DNA of 63,761 nt, counting the filler, from Lenisia limosa (Eukaryota; Protista; Breviatea): the NCBI GenBank assembly GCA_001655205.1. It is 6 parts of 6 records of this genome, joined end to end, with 100 filler letters (N's around TTAATTAATTAA, not from the genome) between each part and the next. Parts side by side here need not be neighbours in the genome. Positions count along the whole stretch, not along the records: positions 28,360 to 53,152 come from LPNZ01006392.1; positions 53,253 to 59,619 come from LPNZ01000050.1; 4 more parts are not named here. One strand, 5' to 3'. Of the stretch, positions 38,070 to 53,310 are shown in pieces. The notes beneath the pieces are model-generated. The model worked only from the letters and a program-made list of their open reading frames with translations, had not been told where the DNA came from and did not search any database. Made by a program: the position numbers and the translations under genes. Numbering within the stretch: the stretch's first letter is position 1; every line of letters starts with the position of its first letter.

Positions 38070-41000
38070 ATGAGGAGCCGGTTTTTGTTATGTTTAAGCA
38101 TCCTTGTTGTTCTGCTAGGCGCGGTGTCTTCTCTTGACTCCGTTACTGTGTCCCCGGCCAAGCTTGGTGTCAACAGTATTAGAGTAAGAGGATGATGGGA
38201 CGAATCGTCAGCACGTATTGCTGTTCTTTTGTTCGTTTGTTCGGTTAAATACCGGAAGGCGGATAGGTCCTCAGGCGGAAATGCTGATTCTTTACAGCCT
38301 TGCGATTCTCCATCCCATATTCACCAGAATATTATATCAAGTGTATTTTATGCTGGTTTAACAGTACTCATGTCTCAGGATATCATTGATGTCTCGACTT
38401 TCTCTAACCCGGATGCGATCTTCATGAACGGCTACTACGACACACAGGTGGCCAGTGCTTCTGGTCTGTCGGGACTACGTTGTTAAGCATATCTCTTTTG
38501 GATCAGTTTTTGAGAATGTGAATTTTGATTATCGGTGCTGTAATATGACCACAGCCCTTCTGCGTTATTTTACTGACACGTCATCGCTGCCTCTATATGT
38601 ATTTTTAAATAATAGCCCTCCCCCATAAAATAATTTCTAGGGCCCGTACAATTAATTGGAAAATGAATTTGGAAGTTTGAAGCAGGGTCATATCAGCTCA
38701 GAAGCTAGTGCACGATATGCAAGTTTTTACTATTCAGCCGATACTGCGACGCCATCCTTTACTCTCGACACTTCTAAGTTCTTTCCTAACACCGGCAAAA
38801 AGATCAACTACAGCAACGGGGCTTATCCCGAAGCCTTTGTTAAGGTTGGCTTCATATCGGGTTTTGAGTAGAGGATGAGAACTAATGGGATGCCTTACAT
38901 TTTTGGGCGTAGAACAAGCTTTAAGAAAGGCATACACTACCAATAAATTTTGAAATACTTTTATATTGTGTTTCCATGTTGCTTAAGAGCAAAATGTGAA
39001 GAAGTCTTTTTGATTTGATTGTCTTATTTTTTTAAAAAAAAAACAATATTCTCTCTCGTTTTTTTTTTTTTTTTAATGCTNNNNNNNNNNNNNNNNNNNN
39101 NNNNNNNNNNNNNNNNNNNNNNNNNNNNNNNNNNNNNNNNNNNNNNNNNNNNNNNNNNNNNCCTTGGAGGCGGACAGGCGATTGTGTTTCATCCCAGCAT
39201 CAACTCGTTCCGTGCCACCTCAGTTCATGCTGACGGACGAGTGGGGGGGGGGTGTAGCTCATTATATTGAATTCGGAAAATAATACATTACATTATAGCT
39301 AATAAGATACGAATTCCTCAAATCATCTGAATCAATAAAGTCGAAAAGAACTCTGTTTGGGAGTTAGAAATCGAACTTTTGATAACCACTTTTTTTTAAA
39401 AATCGATAAACTGGGTTTTTATTACCAGTGTGAAGCTCCATTGTCTCACACACCCAGCTCACTGAAGAGCACATTGTCAGTACCACTATCAGATATGGTG
39501 GCGTCAACAGCAAGATTGCCTACGGCTTAACCTCAGATAACTCCCTCATTATGGTATTGGGAGGGGGGCTTCGGCTAGATTTTGTAAATAGCAAGTCGAG
39601 TGAAAGAAAATTCAGTAATTAAGCTATTTAAGAGAGGGTTGCAAACTAAACCATCACATTCATAGGTTGACATGACTGACGCGTGGGTTCCCAAAATGAC
39701 AACCACACACAGTCTCACAGCCCCCATCACTGCCATTTGCCCTGCAGGCTACCAGAGCGGCGTGAGTGGGGAGTGCTCTTGGATTCAATATGAAACCAAA
39801 TTTGTCAGTTTAGTCCTCTATCTCGTAGCAACCTGACTTTTCATTCCCACAGACACATCTTTTTTGTTTTTCTGTTTTTGCTGTTTTATGTTTTTCCTTC
39901 ATTTATGGTGATGCCTTTTAGGCCAAAGTTCTTGGAAACAGTATCCTTGGAGATGACGACATTGCCTATTTGGCCGTTTCATGTGGCTCTGCCTCTGATG
40001 TCACTGCTGAAAGTGGGGGAGGAGGCACGGATGACTGTGTCATAATCACTGCCTTTGTCTTTACTGTTCAATCGGCTTCGGTCAGATGCCCATTTTTATT
40101 ATTTCAACATATTCTTCATATAGTATAACCCCTTTACTTACCCACATTACCCGTTTACCTCCTTTACCCATCCATGCAACTCAACCCCCTCCATAAATAA
40201 TGCGCTCCATTAGTCATGTCTCAGATTCCGTTGGCACCCTCATCCAGATGACGTTCTCTGATGCATCAACTGTTGGAGGTGTTGTGTTAGTCTGTGTATT
40301 TTTGAAAATTCTGTGAACCACTTTATTATATGATATATGATAAATTTCACAAGACCTTATGGCTCGGGGTCTTCTATCGAGAGATCATATCCAATATAAC
40401 AAGTACCCGATTTTTCCTCATCCACTGCAGGTCCCTTCATTCAGCATACTCAACACTGATGCCTACAACACGACTGTTATCGCTATTGTTTGTTGGGGGA
40501 CTGTTTAGGAGCAAGGCAATAGATCTGCAATAATAGAATGAATGCCTGATAAGTAGTCATTGAGATATTTATGGAGTGTACTAAATGAGTTTTTCACAAA
40601 ACAAAACCATAGTTACTTTTGAAGCCGTAATTGCAACATCGCTCATTGTCCTTCACGGATACAGACGTCAGCGGGACGAGTGCTTCGTTCGGCCAACTAC
40701 CTCATCTTCGCTGCTCCCGCTGCCACCATTGTTTACACCAAGGCCGGTGCGTCACTCGAAACTATGGACTTTGTTAGCGGGTATCTCGGTAATATTCAAT
40801 TTCCTCTATTGATCTCTCTTTTAAACGTGATGATGGGCAGCTTTGGTCAGATTCTCCATTTATTTCTACATGTTTCAGCTTCTCATCTGGCGAATGTACG
40901 TTGCTCCTTTCCTTCTTAAACAATTATAAAATTTTGGGGGTTTTTATTTTGTTCCTTCTCCATTTGGTGATTTGTCAAGGGAAGAAGCTACACCATCAAC

Positions 41001-44000
41001 TCAATGACGATGGTAATTGAGAGCAATTACGCAGCTGACCGCTTTGTTATGATGGACAACGTTTCAAAAGATGTGGGGGGGGGGGGTATTGCTTTTTGAA
41101 CTTCCCAATGCCCACTTGATTTGTTTAATTATTCTTTGTTTATCATACCTGATCCCTCAGATCAAGTTCTTGACTTTGTCCGGAACCGAAACGGTCACAT
41201 CCGTCACCGTCGGCCTCACCAAGACCTTCCTTTACGGCGCGGTTAGTGGGGGAGGTAAGAGAAAGAAGAAGGGGTAAATATGTAGTCACTACCAATGTTG
41301 GTGGATAGGGGGTTACGGGAACCATATATTTAAACCATGTTCTCTCTTTCTTTCATCTTATCCGCTCAGTTTGGCGAAGATACCTTCCTAATCAGCGACA
41401 ACCCATCACCTATGAACTACTGCAAATACAACAGCGGAGTACCCACTGTATGGTCTTTTTCTTGAGTTTTGTTTTGAAGTCATTTTCCGCTTATTTCCCT
41501 CAGTGTGGCCTTTCCTGGTCTCCCCCCAGCCTGGGAAGGGTCATGTCTCTTGACTCGTCGTCCTTGCTCAGTTGGAATGTGGGCTTCTATGAAGGCTATT
41601 TCACAAATACAATTTTATCAATTCTGGGATCATGGGGATTCCCTATTCTCTGAATATTGTACATATAGTAGTTGTATATGTTTTTCTCCATACCGATTGA
41701 TTCTTTATTGAAAGCTAATATACCAGACGCCTGTGCTCTCCCACCTCAACATCTTGGACTTTTCAACCAAGAACAGCCTGTAGGAACCTCCTATTGTACT
41801 TTTTGGAATGTTGACACTGAATATATTGTTAGAATGGTATGACACCGCGTATCCACTTGTGAATATTTTCAAATTAATTCCAACCATCAGTTCGAGGTAA
41901 TCTCCTAAATGTCATGTTATTGAGAATTAATTGAACATTCCGTCTTTATTTGATGGGAAGCTTAATCTCCAATTGACATTGTAGGGTCATTGAAAATTTG
42001 AAGCAATTTACTAAGGTTCCTGAGTGCTGTCAGCCATTCTTCATTGTAAGCCCTTCTTTGTGCCTTTTGGGGTAATCATGATAATCATATTGAATATATA
42101 TATTACAGGGTGTTCCCCTGTCAAGAGGTAAACTCCTCTTTCAGAGGTTCTGGGATGTGATCCAACACAAGATTATTTGGTGCTGACTAAGCAGGTTGAC
42201 GATGAGAACAAGATGGCCATCGGCAGCATCTCAGCTGACAGTGTCGACTACAGCGTTGTGGTTGTTGACATCGCCACTATGACCAAAAACAAAATTGTAT
42301 GTTCGATTACCTGGAATATCGAAATGAAGTGTCAAGGAACCCTCATACCTTTGGGTGTTTTACTCTTTGCTTATCACATATTATAGTGTGTCATATGGCT
42401 CTTTGCTCATTATTGTCACTATCTATACAGCTTGCTCGCCATAGTTCTCGTTTTGTTGTCATAGTCATAGTCATAATGAATGTCTGTAGCTTTAACCTCG
42501 TTATAACCTGGTTTTCAGGCCTTGACTGCTGGTACAACTCCCCTCCACATTTGCCTTGATACTGCTAATAAGAAGGCCTTTATCATGGTATGGCCTCCTC
42601 ATTGTTTGTCGATTTGGATTTGCGATTTTTCCGGCATGCCAATGCCGATGTACCCCATTACTCCTTTTGTAGTAAAGTATTTTTGTGGTGTATATAATAT
42701 TATAATTATCCTGGTAACGTCCACAACCCTCCAGACAGGCACCACTGTCACCACAATTGACTACAATGCCAACACCAAAGGCCCTGACGTTGCAGTTTCC
42801 ATCGCCTCCAACCGCCAGTTCATCTCCAATGGCTGCCATGATGTGAGCTGGTCACAGCTTCAACTGTCCTCGAATTTATTCAATTGTTCCCAATACATAT
42901 CTGATATGTTTTATTTTTGTCTTCATCCCCCCCCCCACCCCCCTCACAGCACTATGTTGATATTGGAGTTGATATCCTTGATTCGCTGATTCAAATTAAT
43001 GTATATTTTTCTAGTTTCTCACTCTTCCCAAACCCAATATTGACCCCCCAGGGTGTCGCCCGTGGAGTCTCAGTCAACAGCAAGAAACTCACCCCATTCA
43101 CAATGGTATTGACAAGGGTGAATTACAGCTTATGGCAGTACTTTTTATGATAATTAAAAACAATTGTTCTGAAATCCTAACCGTCTCTCCAGTCTCTGAC
43201 GGCCACCCCCACCTTTACCGACGGTGTTGTTGAAGTTGGGTCCTCGAGCGTCTATTCTCACATTGGCTACAACCCAGCCACACAGAAGGCTGCAGTACTC
43301 AGTGAATACACTTCAGGATTTCTTACCTACAACCCCCGTATGTTCGGCATTACAGGAGACTTAAAACTACAGAGATTTGCTGTGATCAAATGATATTTCA
43401 TGACATGAATATATGGACGCATTTCCTTGTTCCGTTCTCTTGACCCACCATGTCCAGTTGGAGGAACCTATGCAACGAATCCCAGCGGCTACATCAACAG
43501 TGACCGCTACGGCTTCTTCAAGGACACCATGTACATTATTGGCGATGACGTATCGTCTGTTCCTGCTCACCGCATTTTCAACATCAACGCAGCCACTGAT
43601 GCCTTCATTGAGGTCTGTGGCGCAAATTGTAATTATATCTAATTTTGTTCATAAAAATAACACTCTTATTAATTTTTTTAACTACAGACGCTGCCACCCC
43701 CTTTTTAGATGAGACAATATATCAATAACAATATTCACAAGTTATAAAAGTATGATATTATATTTTCTGGGATCAATGTTCTGTACTCTATCTTCACAAA
43801 TATATGGGGCTGAGATATCATCAGAGAATATGCTAAAAAGGGCTCTTTTCCCCAGTTTTAAAGTATTAGTTTTTAATGATCCTGTCATTTCTCTTTATTG
43901 TTCGTCCATTTCGATCTTACTGTCCATAGACTACTGTTGACCTCACCAACGACGTACTCCGCAACTCGTGAGAGGGGTTTTACGCTCATATACTATTATC

Positions 44001-47000
44001 AGGCTTTGGGGCTGAGAAGCTGACCTTATAGAGACTCCTTGGGATCAATCACCATGCTGTCACCTACGTCTTTTGTGACTCTTTCTGCCTCCCACTCTTT
44101 AGTTTACAAATCGGAGGCGTCGTGTTTAACTGAGGTTGGTTGCGTTTGTTGATACTTTTTTATTATCCTCTCGTATTTTCCTTCAAAACAAAAAAAAAGC
44201 ACTTAAAATCTGCACTTTCCTTGTTCTTTAGTAGAGCATTTGCAGCCTATGTCATCCCAAATTTTAAATCCCTCTCATCTCAACACAGCATCTTACATTT
44301 ACCCCATTTTGGACCCTACATTGACCCCAATAGTCATGTGACGGCAATTGCCTTGCGGACATTACCGGATACAATTTAACGAACACCCACTGCGGCGGCT
44401 GCACGGCATGTTTGACTGGAAGTTTGTGGGACATTCTTAAGCGGTTATTGGATCATGCAGTACCCTTCTTATACCTCAGTCTATGACCACCTATTACAAT
44501 ATAGAGCAATACTAATGTCTAGGAAATGATGGTATGGACATTCGGCCCAATATTCCTTTCTACTCACAAGTTTTTATATTCCCACAAACAATGAGTGTGT
44601 TTCAATGAAATCCAATATGTCAGTAATCCTTATCAATCCGATCCACTTCATGCATGTAGAAACCTGTAACGTTGGCCTCTGTGAGGACATGTACTGCGGT
44701 AGCGACACCTTCTGCAACGGCCACTGCACTGACCTCGCAACAGATACCGACAACTGCGGGTTCTGCGGTAATGCTTGCCCAGCTGGCATCAACTGTGTCA
44801 ACTCCGGATGGTTGGTGGCTTTTGCTTTTGCTTTTGACTCAAAAGTGGAAAAGAGGACTTGGGATTTCGCTGTGTTCTTCTCTTGTTTCAGATCTGGAAA
44901 TGAACCGCTTGTCTTGAAAGAACCAATAGTATATCCTTCATAAATATTGTTTCACTGTAAAATGGACCCCGCTCATCCCCACCTTAGCAGGTCGCCTTGT
45001 ACCTACCCTGAAAGGTACTGCAGCGGTAGTTGCGTCGATGTCGTCGATAACAAAGACCACTGCGGTACTTGTGACAACAAATGTGCTGGAAACCAGTTGT
45101 GCAACTCCAACACCTGGTAAGGCTGCTGATTAAGGTCGAATAGCTTGGAAAGTGGATTGGCCTCCTCAATTGTTTATACTATTTTGTGTATTTTGCCCAT
45201 TGTGCCTGTATTGCCCACCCCTAATTACTCTGTCAGTGGCTGCATCGCCGGAGAGACCATCTGCTCGGAAATGTGCACTGACACGCGTTCGAACAGTTCG
45301 CATTGTGGATCTTGTGACAGCAGCTGCACGGCAGGACAATTCTGTGACGCTAGCCTTTGGTAGGTAGTTGCGGCGGAAGGCGGAGTGTCAAAATAGGCAC
45401 GAGGGAATTTCGTGATATAGGGTGGGGAATACAGGGTACAAAATTAAGGTAAATGCGTGTTGTTTGAATATAGTATATAGTATGTAGTGTTTGTGAATAT
45501 GGTAAATGTTATTTTTCGCACGTGCCTCAAACCTCACAACCATCATCCCAGTTTGTAAGTTCTTCAACCAACCCCCTCCCTCACAGCTACAACGAATGCG
45601 GTGTAGGGGAGGAGTACTGCACAGGACCATCGAGTGGTGTGTGCAATGACCTCAGTACCGACAGTGCCAACTGCGGGTCCTGTGGAACTGTCTGCCCCTC
45701 TGGCGGCTGTGAAGTCGGCATGTGGTGGGGGGAGGGGGGACATTGAGGCATAGTGATTTTTTTCTTTCAGTGAAATCAGTGAAGTGGTTTTAGAAGACCT
45801 GTAGATACTTATCGAGAGTTTATCAAAAAACACCCAGGCCAATTTTGGTACTGAATTCAAACTTACCTAATAGTGTCACCTGCCCAACTGCTGAAATGTA
45901 CTGCGATTCCGGCTGTGTAGACCTCATGACAAACATCACCAACTGTGGCTCTTGCGGTAACAGCTGCACGAGTGGTCAGGAATGCTTGAGCGGTTCCTGG
46001 TGGGATGGGTGCTTTTCTTATCACAGTACGTACACTCATGTTGAAGATGTTCTGACATACGTTAAAATCCATATCCATGCTATTTTTGAAATGTGTTGGG
46101 TTTTGATTTTTTTTTCGCAATTTAGGTCTTACTGAACCTATTTTGACACCTCCAGCAAAGCCAAGAGTAAGCTGGTATTTATTCATCTGGCCTGTAGTAG
46201 GCACCAGCAGAGTGATAGTTATATTTATACAAATACAGTCTTCAAATTTAATTGGACTGAGTCTTAATATTTGGCTCATTAAGTGTATCTGTTGAATCAT
46301 AAGGAGATACATGTAAATTATTATTTCTCACGTCGTGTTTGCTCTAACACTTCAGAACAATGTGCCTCCCAACCCGGATACACGGGCGCTACTGTCGTAT
46401 GGAGTCCCCCGTATTACATTGGAGATGTGAGGGGATGGAACGTAGTACTTGACTGAAAATCAAAGCAAGTAAATGTTATTTTGTTTCAGTTACATCACGA
46501 TGTCATTGACTGTACTTATCTCCATTCCTTACATAACAGGTGATCACTGGAACCTGTACTGACCCTGATGTCAATTATCCGTACGAAATCACGGCCACTT
46601 GTGACCTCTCCCAAGAGTGGTCAAACGGACTGATATGCAAGCGTAGGCATTGATACAATATGTAGAAATGAGGAATAAAACAAAGTAGCAGTTGACCTAA
46701 TCCGTCCACATAATCACCAATAAGATAGATAAAAAAAAAAGTTGATTCATCTTTTATTTGTCTGACAGCATGAATGTTTATAATACATAATACATGTAGC
46801 TATATTGACATGTACATAATTATATATTACATAACGTATAAGATGACCTTCTTATTCATTGAAATGCTACCTTTGTTTTGTATTGATTGCATTTACTGTT
46901 TTGACTGAAATCTAATTCTGCAGCTGGATGTGCCAAGCTGGATGGTGTTTCAGAACTTTCGAGTAACTGCACTTCCGGAAGAGCACCTGGATCGGTTGGG

Positions 47001-49284
47001 GGGGGAACTAGCCATATCTTTTTGTCGGGACTTCATTGATTCAATTTATGTGAGAAAACATAAAAAAAAACATATGAAAATAGAATATATCTTTATGTTT
47101 TACTTGTGCGTAATGTTTCCCTTCAGATCTGTTCTATCAGTTGCCCTGTTGGCCAAGTCTTCATTGACGTTACCGTTACAACTGTGGAATGCGTGCAGAA
47201 CGTTACGAACTCTTACTCTCCGGCTGCTTCGAGTGTCTGTGGAGGTGAGTTTGGATAATGGTGCTGTGGAGGAAGGGCAATACTCCCAATGAAGGAGTGT
47301 TCTAAATGATAGGGTTGCTTAATTGGAATCGACGCTCTTGCTGTTTCAACTGGATGTTTTCTTCATATCATACTCAATACTATTTATCGTAAACGTTAAG
47401 TTATTGTTACCTTTTCTGTTTTACATTTAATGATGCCCGACTTTACCTTGGTAGAACAATGCGTCATTTCAAGTGCCATGACAACGAACTCTTCCTATTC
47501 CTGTGGTCAGCCTCTGGTTGATGCCAAGGCCTGGCCTCTTGACGTGGGGGGGGGGGGGNNNNNNNNNNNNNNNNNNNNNNNNNNNNNNNNNNNNNNNNNN
47601 NNNNNNNNNNNNNNNNNNNNNNNNNNNNNNNNNNNNNNNNNNNNNNNNNNNNNNNNNNNNNNNNNGATAAATCGTTCAACACAAGAGTTCTTTTAAGAGA
47701 AGCTAAAATGGCTGTAAACCTGATAGCTGAATGGTGACTTGACATTTGTGTTGTACATTCCATACTACTGTGAAAATTTCAATTCACTCTGCGCAGACCT
47801 GTGTTCAGACATGTGACACGGGTTTCACCTTCAACGGAAAAGACAAGGTCGCCTCTCGTGAGTGTTCTGCGGGCTCCCTCAACGCTGCGGAATGCATTAG
47901 AAGTAAGCTGTGACAATGATCCATTGTAAACTACCGACTATGCCTTCAAAAAGGCCCAGCCCTTGAGAACTTTTTCGTTTGACTATTTCACAAATTATCC
48001 AACCCTCTTTGAGTCAAGTTTCATGATATTCTTATTTAGTAATCATATTCCAAGATATTCAACCTGGAGCTTAATAATGGGATCAAATTGTTTTACAAAA
48101 GTTCCAAAAATGATACGTTGTTTTGAGCTGAAAGTTAAATCTCTGTTTATGTCCATTTAGCCTGTCCCACTCCTGCGTTTTCCTTCACCACCGGGTACTC
48201 CACTACAAACCTCCTTGACGGCCACGTCATTACCGTAAAGTGTGCACCAGGATACGTGCACGCAAGCGGCAACTTCAATATTGAGTGTCAGGTGAGAGGT
48301 ACTATCATATAAATATTGATACACTACAGGAACAGTCGGAACATTGAGCTGCTTTTTTATTAATGTGATGCTCTTGCTTTGGATATCACCGCCTACATAA
48401 CAGTAGTCTTCGTGCAAACACTTTGTCTTGAAATCAATCTTATTCCTACATAGTCTGGAAAATGGAATGCTACTGCCGCGGTTTGTGAAGCCCAGGAGGA
48501 ACCTCCTGCCTCAAGCCAGTCCGTTGACGCCAACACCGATGATGACAATGGGGTGGGTTGGGGTTATGATAATTGGGTAGAATTGGACTTGGTGAAATTG
48601 CATTCTATCCCGGTGGATGCAATCACCCTCAACTATTCCATTTCACCCCCCCCCCCAGGGAGAAAAAGGGTCCAATCTGGATTCTGAAGATGACAGTGGA
48701 GTGCCGGTTGTCTATGTCGCTGCTGGTAGGCGGTTCGTAGGACTTTCCTACGCTCCTGGTATAACAATCAATTTTGGGTTTTTTTTGGGGGCTGAGATAC
48801 CACAGCCCCTTCCCCTTTAATTGAGATACCACAGCCCCTTCCCCTTTAATTGTTCCATTGACACCTTTAGATACTGCTCTCAACTCAAACATGTTTAGGA
48901 GTGGCGACAGTCGGCATTTTAGGCACCGCTGCTGCCATAGCTATGAAGTCTGGAAAGTCAAGCGGGAAGAAGACGATGGAATACGGGTGGGTGGATGAGT
49001 ACTGGAGAGGGGGGGGGGGANNNNNNNNNNNNNNNNNNNNNNNNNNNNNNNNNNNNNNNNNNNNNNNNNNNNNNNNNNNNNNNNNNNNNNNNNNNNNNNN
49101 NNNNNNNNNNNNNNNNNNNNNNNNNNNNNNNNNNNNNNNNNNNNNNNNNNNNNNNNNNNNNNNNNNNNNNNNNNNNNNNNNNNNNNNNNNNNNNNNNNNN
49201 NNNNNNNNNNNNNNNNNNNNNNNNNNNNNNNNNNNNNNNNNNNNNNNNNNNNNNACTTTCAAGAAGAAATATGAAAGAAGATAA
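38070..49284 (+). CDS. Large type I membrane protein: signal peptide, beta-rich ectodomain, 5 Stig1/MXAN_6577-like Cys repeats, about 4 sushi/CCP-like domains, TM helix, short basic tail
   Basis: MRSRFLLCLSILVVLLGAVSS signal; roughly 40 small exons; repeats CxDxxxD/NxxN/HCGxCGxxC at 44660-45999; sushi-like CPTP...VITVKCAPGYVHASGNFNIECQSGKWNATAAVC; TM VPVVYVAAGVATVGILGTAAAIAM; ...TFKKKYERR-TAA. Confidence 0.8.
48793..48850 (+). repeat. Perfect 29-bp tandem duplication in an intron
   Basis: TGAGATACCACAGCCCCTTCCCCTTTAAT x2. Confidence 0.95.
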
Positions 49285-49470
49285 CACGAGGGTTCGATAT
49301 ATATATATCTCTCTCCTAGCATCGAGACCTATCGGTTAATTATCACACAAATGAATATGAGGTATCTTGGCAATCACTATGTGGCAATCACTATGTGCAC
49401 ACGTGTGAAAATGAACCAGGTGAAAATTTTTTGTTTTGTTAAAAAAATCATAAAAAAGAACCCCAAAAAG

Positions 49471-49558
49471 TCCGTCGAACCAGAATCGAACTGGTGACCT
49501 GCGGATTTCCGTATTATAATTCTACAGTCCGATGCTCTACCAACTGAGCTACCGACGG
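49471..49558 (-). tRNA. trnY-GUA: tRNA-Tyr (GTA) with 15-nt intron (49507-49521)
   Basis: CCGTCGG acceptor pairs with TCGACGG+A; D arm TAGCTCAGTTGGTAGAGC; anticodon loop CT-GTA-G^A with an intron at the canonical 37/38 position; T arm CCAGTTCGATTCTGG. Confidence 0.95.
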
Positions 49559-49783
49559 AGATACTGGACAGTATTCAAATTAATTTCAGATCACAATTTT
49601 TTTCGATTTTGCGAAAATTTTCGATAATTTATTTCGAGTATTTTAGGAATTTGGTTTTGAAAAAGCATGAAGGAATGTATCGTACCAACGATAGAGTAGT
49701 TGGGAGTAGTATTACGTATTATCAACTTAAAAACGAGGAAAACTAAAAACTTGGAAAAGGAAAACGCTAAACGCAACGAAAGG

Positions 49784-53140
<3,357 letters not shown>

Positions 53141-53196
53141 GTAGGCGGATCTNNNNNNNNNNNNNNNNNNNNNNNNNNNNNNNNNNNNNNNNNNNN

Positions 53197-53208
53197 TTAA
53201 TTAATTAA
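53197..53208. other. Artificial contig spacer TTAATTAATTAA
   Basis: Same linker inside an N run. Confidence 0.95.
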
Positions 53209-53310
53209 NNNNNNNNNNNNNNNNNNNNNNNNNNNNNNNNNNNNNNNNNNNNCAATACCCTCCCAGTTAGTAATACTTCATATATTATTGTGATCTCTTC
53301 ACCCCAAAAG

